Source: Eledone cirrhosa
Lineage: Eukaryota
Direction of reading: 5' to 3'
Length of the DNA: 64,000 bases
Assembly: GCA_964016885.1 (NCBI GenBank)
Contig: OZ024742.1
Coordinates: 118,544,001-118,608,000 of the forward strand
Shown here one piece after another: positions 39,706-54,484 of this stretch; the first letter of the stretch is position 1, and every line of letters starts with the position of its first letter. Both the position numbers and the translations under genes were made by a program. The notes beneath the pieces were generated by a model. It was not told where the DNA came from. It saw nothing but the letters and a program-made list of their open reading frames with translations, and ran no database searches.

Positions 39706-42700
39706 TTGCACAAAATTTCTTCCTTCAAACCTCATAAAGAAGAAGTGTGCAGAAAATTCCTTTAAGTTGTGCGGTAAAATTAATTGAATCTACTTCCTCC
39801 ATGGCCCTGTTGTTTGGATTTTATGCCGACCTCTGAGGAACAAGTGAAAGTTATACATCCATAAATATCACTTGTTTCAAGATTTTAATTAGTCAAAAAG
39901 TATATAAAGCTTGTCTAAATCAACATTCTACAGTCGATTATAAAATTAGGCATTTATTGCACCGTGGTGCATGACTGACACCTGATTCTACCGTTAGCAA
40001 AAGTAAAGTGGTCTAATCTCATCTCTTGCTTAAAAATAGACAGTTAATCCCTTTCTAGTTTTCACAGATTCAATCTTCTCGGATAGATATGACCATAAGA
40101 GACGTAAATAGCTCAGAATATTTCTTATTGAAACTATATTGTAAACCCAAGTTGCTCTTCAATATATTATGGAGACAGTCAGAAACTTCCTATCTATCAG
40201 AATCCCCAGTATATACAAGTAGACACTAGTGAAAAGAGCTAAATTTAGCATTGCAAGATAAAGCAATTTTCAATTATCATTGTTCTTATTGCTTTGAATA
40301 TTTTTATCTTCTTTTGGCATATGTTTGCATTTAGACGGGCTGTGAAACTTTAATGTAATATTGTTTCTGATATAGGTACCAGGGCTGAATTAACTATTAA
40401 ACAAAAAACCACGTACTTAGGGCACCAAGGACCACCATCAATTTTGTTTTCCAATGCCGAATCCACCTTGGAGCAAATGATAAATTGTAACATTTCTTTT
40501 GTTATTGAATACGAAAGTGTTGAAAAGTTCATGTAACCCTAGTTATTTATAAGTAAATAGTTTGTTTATATCGCTTGCTGTTGTTTGGTGTTTAAGTGGG
40601 GTGACTTGGACACAAACTATATTATTAATCTATCACTTCACGTGCACCACTTATGTCCTAATGACTTATTAGACAACAGAAAAGGTCATTGTTAGGCTGT
40701 GCTTAGTTGGCTTTAATACGATCCTGATGGGCACAATACAGTACCAGCAATACAGCAAGTCAGGCAAATAATTATTCTATCAACACAGATGCTTATAAAT
40801 AGCAAAAATAATTAAATTGTATATACATTAAGCATGATTGCAAATTTGATCCGAGCTGACAAAATTACTATTTTTTTTTTTTAATACGGATACCTATCGA
40901 TTAAATATCTAGGTCTAAAAATATTTATTTTTATTTTTTTTTTAAATCATGTTCGCTCGTATGTTTCCCATGTATATCATCTAAAACTGTCAAGGGTGTA
41001 CTTTAATAATAAAAGAAAAGAAATGAACAATCGTAAATGTGTCACAACATTAGTACTGCTGACACTTGTGTGGCTATAGTATAGTTACATTTCAGGTTTA
41101 CGAAAGGAATATTAAAATTGTCAAAGCTGGTTGATGATATTTTACAGTGATAAGACACCAAACTGATAACCGAAGTATAACATAGATATATTAGAGTCAA
41201 ATATCATTCCATTTTGTATGGACTTTATTCATGGAAGAATTTGGGATCATTAATGTAAATATAGATGCTTTGACGCATAGAGTTACGGCCCTTGCCATTC
41301 TGAGTTCAAATCCCGCCGAGGTTGACTTTGCCTTTCATCCTTACGGGGTCGATAAAATAAAGTACCAGTAATGCACTGGGTAATTGCTGGCCTTGTGCCT
41401 AAAGTAGAAACAATTAATGTAAGTATAGATGCACGCGTCATTTGTAGTGTTACTGCTGCATACACTAGAAAACTAGTTTTCCAAGGTACTTATTTACGTG
41501 GAAGAAAGGGGAGATTAGTAATAACATCATATGTTGTTCTCTTTCTCTCGTTGCTGGTAATAATCGACAAGGTGTGAAGACAGTACCACATATTGAAACA
41601 CTAGTTATTACTGTTGTGGTAGTAGTGATGGTCATGGCATTGATTGAGAACACTGCGAAAATTGTGCCAATATTTTAATGAAACTTAATATTTACATTAA
41701 TAAAATATATTAATTCGTAATCAACGCCCTCGTCATTATTTTAACCCCATCAGGTCGGTGGATTAGCAGAATTGGTAGAGCGTCGGACAACATGCTTCGT
41801 GACTTAGAGTTACAGCCCTTTACGTTCTGAGTTCAAATTCCACCGAGGTTAGCTTTGTTTTTCATCCTTACGGGATCGATAAATAAAGTACCAGTAATGC
41901 ACTGGGGTGGATTTAATCGACTTTCCTCTCCCCTTCAAATTGCTAGGCATGTGCCTAAAGTAGAAATGTTTTCAACCCCATGATCATCATATTCATCAAT
42001 AGTACTTCCATCACCACTAATAACTCGATAATATAGAGGAATTGGGAAAGTCGAATATATCAACCCCAATACATAACTGGTACTTTATTTTATCAACTTA
42101 GGAAGGATGAAATGAATTATTTGAACTCAGAACGTAGAAAGCCGTAACTAAACACTGCCGATACTGCAAATCCATCGCTCTATACGTTCAGTTAAGGTCC
42201 CATCCAAGATTGAGCCCGACCCCAGAATTAAACCGGGACAAGGAACTCAACCACCTCTATATGGTTACCCCTACACCAATATGATGGTTGCCATTACCAC
42301 TATTAACACAATCGTGATGTAACAAGTCAATCAACAATCATAGATTAATTATTTTTATTATTTCCTTTGCTGTTACTGTTTCCCTTTGTTCTTAATAGAC
42401 TGTTTTCTGGAGGAAAATTAGTGTAATCAGTATTATTTATAATTTAGGATTGTTTATGAGAGATAATTACCTAAGCAATATATTGCAACCACAGTAAAGT
42501 TTTTAATGAATTACTAAGTATATATTTGTGTCGACGAGACCACTTAATCCAAAATCATATAATTACAACTATTCAATTACATGAATATAATATCTCAGCA
42601 ATCATTTTCAATAAAATCTTAGTTATTTTGTAACTCAATAGTTTTTACTGGAAGCCTAAAGTTTAAGAAAATATTAAAGAACCTCTTTGTATATTCTTCT

Positions 42701-42751
42701 TCTTACAACATCAGAGTCGAAAATTAGCAATTTGATAAGCATTTTTACAAG

Positions 42752-42975
42752 AGTCCATAGCAGTGGAGACCTCCGGCGTTCTTAACCCCCGGACCACATC
42801 CCTGCTTACGGCTACCAGAGAGGAGTTGGCTACCTGCAGGTGCGAGTCCCACGAGGTAGAGTAGCTGTTCCAGTGCGTCTCCTTCGCCATCCTCCGGGGC
42901 AATGTATTCTCCATCCTGTCGACCGAGACCAAGAGACGGAGGATAGAATAGTTGGAGATGGAGGATACTCGTTTG
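42752..42975 (-). mobile_element. CRE-like 3' fragment, coding sense on plus strand
   Basis: Plus strand reads IAVETSGVL..RTTSLLT..ELATCRCES..LFQCVSFAILRGNVFSIL, homologous to 21898-22209; followed by (CATA)n. The strand field gives orientation relative to the first copy only loosely. Confidence 0.65.
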
Positions 42976-43103
42976 GACATACATACATACATACATAAAT
43001 ACATACATACATACATAAATACATACATACATACATACATACATACATACATACATACATACATACATACATACATACATACATACATACATACATACAT
43101 ACA

Positions 43104-43776
43104 ATCAAAAGAGGAGGGCCATCAGTTGACGATAAATGTAGGCTATGTAAAACAAAGATCGAAGATGTTAGACACATTGTTGCCAACTGTGAAAGAATGT
43201 CATCTCGTTACTACCTCCCTATGAGACACGATGGGATAGCTAGAACCATCTGGAACGCACTTAGGAAAACAAAATTAAAAACAGATGAGGAGGAATATGT
43301 TGAGACAGATGGCACTAAGGAATACTGGTGGTACCTGAAAATAAAAACTGCCACCAAATTAAAGCACAACCGGCCTGATATTGTTGTTTGGGACCACTCA
43401 TTGAAAACGTGCTCTGTTGTAGAGATCAGCTGCGCATTTGATGTCAACGTTGTAAGAAAAATACAAGAGAAGGAGGACATCTACGGACCATTGATGAGGA
43501 GTTTGCAGATCCAGTATCTAAGATACACCTTCAGCTTCATACCCATCATTATTAGAGCTACAGTTTATATTCCAACCCGCTTGGACCAAAGTATGACTGA
43601 ACTTGGACAAAGAGCGCAGCTCCCTAATTCATAGACTACAAATGGCTGCGATAGCTGGCTCTTTCAAAATTTCCAAAACATCCTTGCGATTCAAGGGATG
43701 ACAATTTCTTTTCTTTAACAACCTTGCCACGAGGAAGGAGGCCGGTCAAAAATGTACTCGAAATTAAGAGTAAGAG

Positions 43777-43778
<2 letters not shown>
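43104..43778 (+). mobile_element. 5'-truncated RLE non-LTR element (same superfamily as 25548-29587)
   Basis: CRLCK..HIVANC..MSSRYYLPMRHD..KHNRPDIVVWD..VVEISC; lies between (TACA)n and (CA)n. Confidence 0.85.
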
Positions 43779-43849
<71 letters not shown>

Positions 43850-44624
43850 TGACAATTTAATGTTTGTTACTGACTAGAATGAAAGTTCGAATCTTGATGC
43901 ATTGACGAAAGCTAGATGGACCAAAGAAATTAAATTGGTTGTGCCACGGAATTTTTTATTCTATGCCACAACTCATCGTCCAAACATTGGAGGCTTATCC
44001 TCATTCATCATCATTATACTGATTGGCAGTATCGGTAGAGGGTCGGACGCCATGCTTTGACGCATAGAGTTACGGCCCTTGCCATTCTGAGTTCAAATCC
44101 CGCCGAGGTTAACTTTGCCTTTCATCCTTACGGGGTCGATAAAATAAAGTACCAGTAATGTATAGGGTAATTGCTGGCCTTGTGCCAATAGTAGAAACAA
44201 TTATACTGATTGTATGTTGGGAGGAAACATTGAAACGTGATAATCACTGAGGATGAAAGAACTTTGAGAAACTATGTTTATATTTATATTTTTAACTGCT
44301 TGCCAGCCAAATTATAATTTATATTTTTAACATTGCTTGCCAGCCAAATTGTTTTTAGAAATATAAAAAAATTTACTGAAGCGAAAACCAAACCAAACTG
44401 AGTGTGTTTTACTATATTTTTCTGGCAATATTAGGACAACATGACCCTCCCCAAATATAACAATATATGTTTCAACACACGATTTCATATCAAAAACCTT
44501 CCAAAAGTATAGCGTTTCAGAAAAATAAAATTGTTACTGAAACAAATTCTTCTATGATCTGGTTTTGTTTCATTTTTCAGGAAAATTTTATGTAGATTTT
44601 TCTAAGATACATAATTATTTGAAA

Positions 44625-44760
44625 ATGGCCCAAGATGATTCTGATAAAATAAATCTGCCAGGGAATATGGTTATGGCAGATGAGGATCTCACTGAAATAA
44701 CCGAAACGTCGTTTAAAGAGGAAACAGGGAAATCTCAAAGAAAACAAAGTCCCTTCCGTG
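44625..44760 (+). CDS. Probable first coding exon of an unidentified plus-strand gene (exon 44581-44760)
   Basis: Polypyrimidine acceptor ttttgtttcatttttcag ending at 44580, aaaATGg start context, MAQDDSDKINLPGNMVMADEDLTEITETSFKEETGKSQRKQSPFR, perfect gtaagt donor at 44761. No homology recognised. Confidence 0.6.
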
Positions 44761-45063
44761 GTAAGTAGGCGTTCTCAGTCCTAACGAGTTTATTTGAATA
44801 TATTTAGTTCATGTTAAAACAAGCCAGCCACCCTGAAAAATATATTTTTCAGGTATTAATTTCCGCGTAACATGCGCTACAGTACATTTCTCTTGACATT
44901 TGCTATGTTAGTCTTGTGTTTCCATAAACGTATTGCGAATGCTTTAAATTCAAATCGATAGGGATTAACAGAAAAAACAAACAATAATTTTGTATGAACT
45001 GCTAGGTAAGATATTTCCCCTATTCTCATGTTACTAATACCATCTATTCATCTGGCTTTCTGT

Positions 45064-45372
<309 letters not shown>

Positions 45373-45959
45373 TCTACCTAAGTACTTACGAACGGAAGAA
45401 GTACCGAATCTCCGGTAGAGTATAATCATATATCTCAGCAGATTCATTCGATTGTTACTCTGAAATCACCACCTTCCATTTCAAGGTATTTAGTATTTTT
45501 GGACAATGTTCTGTTGTTGATTTACACATTATTATATGTTTATATGTAATTGCTTGGCTTAGTAGTTAGGGTGTTGGGCTCACAATCGTGAGTTCGATTC
45601 CCGGCAGCGCGTTATGCCCTTGAGCAAGACACTATATTTCACGTTCCTCCGGTTTACTCAACTAGAAAAAATCGGTTGTACCTGTGATTCAAAGGACCAG
45701 CTTTGTTACATACTACGTTAAGGATGCACGTGTCTGTGGAAGTTCAACTATTTTGCACGTTTATTTTATGATCAGTTTGCACCGTTGTTCGAACAACAGG
45801 AACGCTCATCGTCGAAACTGACGGAGATCAAGACACATATGTTTGCGTTGATCTTTATATTTTCCCAACTGTGCAGTGCATGGTATTGTATTATCATATA
45901 TTACCTAACATCTGGAATCCTCTTCCCCTTACATCTCCACCATACACACACACACGCGC

Positions 45960-46002
<43 letters not shown>

Positions 46003-46394
46003 TATAGTTTGTTTTCGCTCTTAACGTGGTGGATAGCTAAGTGTGTGTATATATATATGAAAAGAATCAGGGCCCCGGCCGTTTCGATAGCTAGATCCGA
46101 ACTCAGCCGTCGGGGTCTTGATTCTTTTCATATTACCCACTCTACAACCCCAAGTATCGAGTACTCTGGTTGATTATAGTCCACCTGGTATTTTACCACA
46201 CTCTATCTGATATATATATATACACATATATATATATATATGTATATGTATATATGTATGTATGTATATGTATGTATGTATGTATGTATATATATGTGTA
46301 TATATCAGATAGGGTGTGGTAAAATACCAGGTGGACTATATATATATACACAATGATATTAAAAAAATGGAAAATATATTTATAAAACCATATT

Positions 46395-46456
46395 TATTCT
46401 ATTATATATATTTCAAGGGTACCAAAAACTTTGGTACGCTTTCATCAGATAAAATA
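46395..46456 (-). ncRNA. Type I hammerhead ribozyme (family A); inverted copy with mutated core CUGAUAA at 46717-46778 (+)
   Basis: UAUUUUAU-CUGAUGA-AAGCGUACCAAA guu UUUGGUACCCUU-GAAA-UAUAUA-UA-AUAGAAUA. Confidence 0.82.
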
Positions 46457-47225
46457 CAAAGTGTGTTTTATAAATTTTGACATAGCCAAGGAAACATACC
46501 TTATCAGTTGAATTTTCCTTGGAAAATTTGACATAGCCAAGGAAACATACCTTATCAGTTGAATTTTCCAAGGAAAATTCAACTGATAAGGTATGTTTTC
46601 CAAGGAAAATTCAACTGATAAGGTATGTTTCCTTGGCTATGTCAAATTTTCCAAGGAAAATTCAACTGATAAGGTATGTTTCCTTGGCTATGTCAAAATT
46701 TATAAAACACACTTTGTATTTTATCTGATAAAAGCGTACCAAAGTTTTTGGTATCCTTGAAATATATATAATAGAATAAATATGGTTTTATAAATATAGT
46801 TTCCATTTATTTAATATCATTGAATATTTACTCCAGAAATCTGTCGAGTGCTCTGAATCAGTTATAAACATTTATATTTGTTGAATTTCCAACAAATTAA
46901 ATATCCCTTCTACTTATATATATATAAGTAGAAGGGATAGACATACTTACTAACCTACCTACAAACACACACATGCACACACATGCATACACACACACAT
47001 ACGCACACATATATATGAAACAGCACCGAATTTCATTGGATGATCGGGAAGGTCTTCACGATAAATAGATTAGTTACATAACTAACAATAAAACCGATAT
47101 GAAAACAACTGGTGTGTATGCTTTTATTGGCAGCATAACCCTCTCAAAGTATAACAATATATATATAATGCACTGAAGTACCAAAACGCATGCCTACAAA
47201 CAAATACACAGAAACGAATGCACAC

Positions 47226-47279
<54 letters not shown>

Positions 47280-48531
47280 GTGATGTTGACGGACACGAGA
47301 ATGAGTACTCAATACTGAAACCGAAGTAGAGATTAATAATTGTTTCTACTTTAGGCACAAAGCCAGCAATTATCCCAGTGCATTACTGGTACTTTATTTT
47401 ATCGACTCCAATATTCTTCGTTATGGCTATGTGATGTGTCTTGTTACTCTGGAGTGTCACCTATCTATACTTATTTTATGAAATGTATTGAACATAAGTT
47501 ATACAATGATGGATATATTAAAAATAGGAAAAAAAACAAAATTAAGAAATTAAAAAAAGAGGGCAAGTTGGGTAGAGAAGAGCAGATCTGGTTGTACAGG
47601 AAAGTTATGGAAAGGACTATAAATGCCAGAAATTAGAGGAAAGGGAGGAAAAGAACAAGGACTATTAGGCAACGGAAATAAGGAAATGGGAAGAGGAGAG
47701 GGTAGCAGATTCTACACTTAGGCCAGAATGGTGTTTCGGCTGCACCCCGTAGACAAAATTGCAAAGGCAATGGCCAGCGACACCCGTTGTAACAGCCACT
47801 TACCTCCATGAATTAGGGTTTAAATATGGGTTAAAATATGTGATAAGAATAACCGCTACTCAGATTTTCCCCAAAAGTACATCGCATGTTTCTTCGTTAA
47901 AACTGATATGAATTTCTCTATCATGTCTTTATCTCCATAAAGGTGGAATACTTAGTCGAAGTATTTGATCAATATGGAAATGGAAAAATATGAGAAATAT
48001 TCCTAATATTGTTCGACCAATCAGCGCGCGATGTTTGTTTCGGAAAATTCTGAAAAGCTATTATTTCTACCTCTTACTGTACTGTATTAACACACACACG
48101 CGCGCGCATACATACATACATACATACATACATACATACATACACATACACACAAACACACACACTCATACATACATACATACATACATACATACATACA
48201 TACATACATACATACATACATACATACATACATACATACAGATGGATAGATAGATAGATAGATAGATAGATTTCTTTATTAGCCACAAGGGCGCAACAAG
48301 AAAGGGGACAATACAAAGACATGCCGGGGATTTTACATACAGTCGTGTAAAAAATATAAAAACAAACAATTTCAACAATCGAAATCCCCAATAGGGGGGA
48401 GGCGCCACAAATGGGTTGTTTAATACCCCGTCGATAGAACAACCCTCAACTCAAGGAGCGTGTTGTGCAAGTGCTCCTTTCTTCCCTTTGCTCTCTTCCT
48501 CAACCTACAGGCTTATAAACAGAGAAGGCCC

Positions 48532-48569
<38 letters not shown>

Positions 48570-49500
48570 CAGGATAGAATCAGTTCAAAACTAGTTAGTC
48601 CATTACTCAACAGAGTACTCGATACTTGGGGTAGTAGAGTACAGCTAAATCATAAATAGTCGGGATCCGACGGTTGTGCTCCAGTCCGGAACTAGCTATG
48701 TATATAAATATGTATATTTCGGGTCCCGAAAGCCGTCGGAGTCCGGAAATTTCCATATTACCCACTCTACTACCCCAAGTATCGAGTACTCTGGTGAATA
48801 ATAGTCTAACTGACTTCTACCACTTCCATTTCGATATCAATAACGAATTATTGTAAAGATTCTAATTATTAAAGAACATCAACCACTCGTGATGCCATTC
48901 TTCCCCTTTTTTCAAATATATATATGTGTATATATATATATATTCAAATATATATATATACATGTGTATATATATATGTTATCATCATCATCATTTCACG
49001 CCGGCTTTTTCCCTGCTTGCAAGGGTGGGACGGGAACTGATTCTGGCTTGATTTCTACAGCTGGATGCCCTTCCTAGCACCAACCTCATTTACAGTGAGT
49101 GCTGGGTGCTTTTTTGCCGTGGCACCTCCACGACCACTTTGCAGTGGAATGATAGGGACCCCAGTCCCTATCATCTCATTTCTACAGCTGAGTAAACTGG
49201 AGCAATGTGAAATAAAGTGTCTTGCTCACGGAAACAACACATCACCCGGTCTGATATATATATATATGGAGAACGATCGACTTTCGTCAAATTGGACCGA
49301 GGGAACAATGTTTCCGTTGGTCTTTCCAATTGCTAATACTATCTATCGGTCGCAACTCCAGGTAGAAGGAGCAACGTGAAATAAAGTGTCTTGCTCAAGG
49401 ACATAACGCATCGCCTGGTCCAGGAATCGAACTCACAACCTTACGATTGCGAATCCAATTCTCTAACCACTCAGCCACACGCCTTCATATATATATATAT

Positions 49501-49548
<48 letters not shown>

Positions 49549-50043
49549 GGTGTTCTAATCAAACAAAATTAAATGATAAATACCATATAAGATATCAATA
49601 TCACTTCTGTATGTGAACAGCAACCAGGATATATGGAGCTCTGTAGCTGTTTAAATGTGTGTATAAGTATTATTTCTTCTTTTACTGCTTTCAGTTATTG
49701 GGCTACAACCATGCTGAGGCACCGCCAAAGAGGTTCATTTTAATCGTACATGTCGATACCACCACTTATTGTTATGTCTGTTACTTATTTTATTTGTCTC
49801 TATTTGTCAAACCTGAAAGTTACAGAACACGAACAAACGAGCAACTGTTCTTAAGCAATATCGACCTAGATGATGACACTGACACACAATCGCATGCATA
49901 CACGCGCGCACACACATATATGTATATATATATATATATATATATGAAAAAGAAAAAGAATGACTTCACTTGTAGTTCTAAACAATTTAATTTTATATTA
50001 TAATTTTACAATTTGGTTTTCTAGAGAGAATGCTGGAGCATCG

Positions 50044-50165
<122 letters not shown>

Positions 50166-50267
50166 TTGCGAGTGAAATTGGATCTCATCTATATTAAAAC
50201 TTTTATACTCTGCTATGTATTGAGTACTTACTTACTGTGGTTACCTCCGATTCAACTCGGAATAACT

Positions 50268-50336
<69 letters not shown>

Positions 50337-51085
50337 GTCCCACAAAATCTATACACACTTTTATTAGAATGCTGTTGAATAGTGTATACATTTGGGGGGG
50401 GGACACCCTGTATATATATATATATGACGGTGCTCCAGCATTCGCTCAGCTAGTCAGCTGGAACGCGCAACAGAATAAAAGAATAATATATATATAGATA
50501 TAGATATATACACACACACTCATCGAGCTACTTCACTGTCTCTGTCGTGGGACTGAACACAAAATGCCATAGTTGTGAAGCGATCTTCTCCACCACACAG
50601 CCATGCCTACGCCTATATGTATATGTATGTAAAGAAAGGGAAAGAATGATTTGAACAGAGAAGTTTAAGTTTGGCCTCAGATTTGTATATCTATTACCGT
50701 ACCTATACCCGAACTGGAAAAGTAGAGTTGTTCTGACTGTCCGATCGTCTGTTACTTGCATCACTTGATAAAGTAGATATCTTACATAACAATATTCAAA
50801 ATATATTAAGAGTATATAGAAAATAGGTCAGGTTTAAACCAGAAATAAGTCAGATTTAAACTGTAAATAGATCAGGTTTTGTTATTTGTCTAAATACACA
50901 ATTTCTTTCTACTACAATGAGGTAATGCGTCTTGATGAAATCTTTTTTAAGCCTGTGGGTTTACAACACGTGGAATGCTCAGTTATGTAATATCCTGGTA
51001 GGACACATACAAAAACTATTTACTTGAATCATTTGGTAATATTACGTAGTTAGACATTACTTTCTACTGTACTTGAAAGGAAATA

Positions 51086-51180
<95 letters not shown>

Positions 51181-53041
51181 CTTTTCTATCACTTTTTCCT
51201 CCGATTCCTTTTTCCTCGTTCGCTTTTTCGTTTTCCTCTCCAATATCTGTATTTTCCTGTCTAATGAAAGACTAACGTCCGAAATGTCAAGCCTCTTCTA
51301 TAACTTCTTTTAAGTGTTAAATTAATATCGTTATTTGTACTGTTTATGTGAGTCCTTAGTTGACTCACCAGGTACTTTGTCCAAGTAACTTTTGCTATTT
51401 TCCAAGATTTGTGAGTGAAATTGGATAGACAGAAACTGTTTATACACTGGTCGAATGGATTGTACTCCTAACTGAAGGATCCAGTCTGGTTATTATTTCA
51501 CGCTGATTCTGCTTGAGAACTACGTTAAGGGTACACACATCTGTGGAATACTCTGACATTTACACGTTGATTTAATTAGTGAATAGCTTAATCAATCGAA
51601 CAACTGAATGCTAGACCTATCAATAAATAACAACCCAACAAGAAATTTTTCCTCCAGTGCCTTGCATAGAAACGAATTGGTTTCGTAAAAAGAATGCGAC
51701 GGGAAGCCTTCCACTATTATAATCAAATAAACAACTGTGAGAAAATCAACAATTCTCTGTTTCTGACATGCAAAGTCGCATTGAACAACAGATGCCTAAA
51801 GATCTTTAAAGTCGATCTTTTTAATCTGATAAAAATTTTTGGAACTCCAGCAACTTTCTTCAGTCAAACTTAAATGCCATAATTACAGATATCAAAATAT
51901 CCAAATCAATATATATTCCTTCGAACAAAACTAAGAATTTATATAATATTGATAAAGCTACAAACCAAGAGCCGGCGCTTGCTTTAGGCCAACAAGGCAC
52001 AGACCTGAGAAAGACGCATTATTGAACCTTAAATAGTCACTCACAGTTTATAAAAATGTGTATAAGGAAATTAATTATTTCCTCCGGTCAATGAATGTAT
52101 CATTAAACATCTATGGACTGTGTAGTAGAAAATGCAGGCTTAGTCATTTTTTTAGTGTGGTCAGAGCAAGAAGTGTCAAAACTAGGTTGTCAGCTCATCA
52201 AACTGTAAGTTGAAATCATATTTGGTAGATGGGGTACACATTTGAGGGCTAGTTTAGGGTGCTAAATACACAGGTTGGGATCCTGCACTTATCACTGCTT
52301 CCTGTAAAATTCCATCATTTCTACATAGAAAAATACCTCTGGCATACTCCCAACGACATCAACATCCAAGGTCACAGCACCAATTCCTGCCATAATGTTA
52401 ACAACAGAATGAAAATTCTCAATCCTAAGCAACCACAAGAGCAACTTCATTCACAATCAAAATCGGACATAGGAATCATAAGCGAATATACACTGTATAA
52501 ATTCCTACCAAAACTAAAATCAGATTCCACTTTCCGCTTTTGAAACAACACCCAATCACCCGCCCACTCAGCCTCCCCTTTCTCTCTCTCTCTCTCTCTG
52601 AATATAATATATACTTCTTCTTCGGTCGAGTTTACACTCAGCTCACTCTTGAGTGCTACTGGTAGCATGTAAACCAGTACAACCTGTTGCATGGTCGGCT
52701 CGTCGGCGACTAAACCGGCAACCCCACCAAATTTACTTGGTGAGGAGGTTGATTTTGGACACCCTGCAGGACAAAAGACAAAACCTGACAAAGGGCGGAA
52801 GAACTCATAAGAGTCAACGGCCATCTAAAAAAAAAAAAAAAAATCCTGCCATATCAATGGGTGGTAGTAGTTGCAGCTGCACGCATCGAAATACTGGTGT
52901 AGTGGTTCTAAGAACATTGCGGCTTTGCATATGATTAATGCAAATTGAGAATGGAAAGGCGCTCCCGCTCGAGTTAGAAGAGAACTATTGACTTTCAGGA
53001 GAAGCAGCGACCCCTGATTGTATTCAGCAACCGAAACAAAC

Positions 53042-53110
<69 letters not shown>

Positions 53111-53303
53111 GAAAATGAACGAACAAAACACAGGAGGCAATTGTACACAGTTATATTAGGTTCACGCTTGGTGGAAGTGGAGGAGGTCTCAAGATTTCGA
53201 ACACAAGTCCTTCATCAGGAAAGTTTGGATAAGAGAATAACAGGAACTCCGGGAAGGATTAAAGATGGTTTTAAGGAGGGAAATTATGAAGTAATATACA
53301 TAC

Positions 53304-53334
<31 letters not shown>

Positions 53335-53366
53335 CAGAACCATATATGCAAGAACGTCCATATCTG

Positions 53367-53431
<65 letters not shown>

Positions 53432-53884
53432 CTACATACACACACACAGACACAAACACATACAAACATACATACGTATTTACCTAGCTGATGTCTAAAT
53501 TCCAGTAAGAGTACATCCATTAATGAAATTGTAATCATATGTAAAACATTCCATAAATTTAACTTGTAATAATTTCCTCTATAAACGTATAGTTATAGAG
53601 ACATGTATAGTTATAGAGACATGTATAGTTATAGAGACATGTATTTGTGAAGATATAACACAAAACATACGGATCAACACACACTGACATCCATACATGC
53701 TCACACACAAACAATACATTCAGACATACATATATAATTACCTAGTTTACGATGAAAAACTGTCTCCATGTTAGAGACCAGCTCTCTCTCTCTCTCTCAC
53801 TCTCTCTCTCTCTCTCTCGCTCTCTCTCTCGCTCTCTCTCTTTATGGGTAAGAAAATAATTAAAATAATAAAACCAGAAGAACC

Positions 53885-53970
<86 letters not shown>

Positions 53971-54484
53971 TGTGTATATATATATATATATGTGTGTGTG
54001 TTAGAGAGAGGAAATGGAATAGAATAATGTTTATTTATCCTTCAAGTATACATGGAATCTATATTGAGTAAGAATTGAAAATATAAAGGAAGGTTATAAT
54101 GGTTCCCATAGATAAATAGGTAAATATGTTTTTATGAATCACCGATGTATTTCATTTAAAATACCTTTGAAATGTGTAAACATTTGCACTCACACACACA
54201 CACACACACACACACATACATATATGACAAACGTATTAGTATACACACACATGCATACTTACATACATGGATGCATACATACATAACAAAAGTATTAGTA
54301 TACATGCACATACATACGCACACACATACATACATACATACATACATACATACATACATACATACATACATACATACATACATACATACACACATAAAAT
54401 TCATACTTGACAAGTACACACATACACGCGCGCAACTTTGTCATCTTGAAAGGAAATAAATTTAAAAGAGTGTTCTTTTTCATT

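Noticed and set aside
46485-46700. CRISPR-like repeated units
   Set aside because: Eukaryotic context, no unique spacers, units occur in both orientations, no cas genes
51246-51290. Hammerhead-like CTAATGA..GAAA
   Set aside because: Core G5 is mutated and stem I does not pair; at most a decayed copy
51658-51830. Second coding exon of the plus-strand gene after ttttcctccag
   Set aside because: All three frames stop within about 70 nt
53186-53222. Hammerhead-like CTGATGA-AGGAC TTGT GTTC-GAAA on the minus strand
   Set aside because: Stems I and III and the NUH site are not intact; probably a decayed relative, so not called
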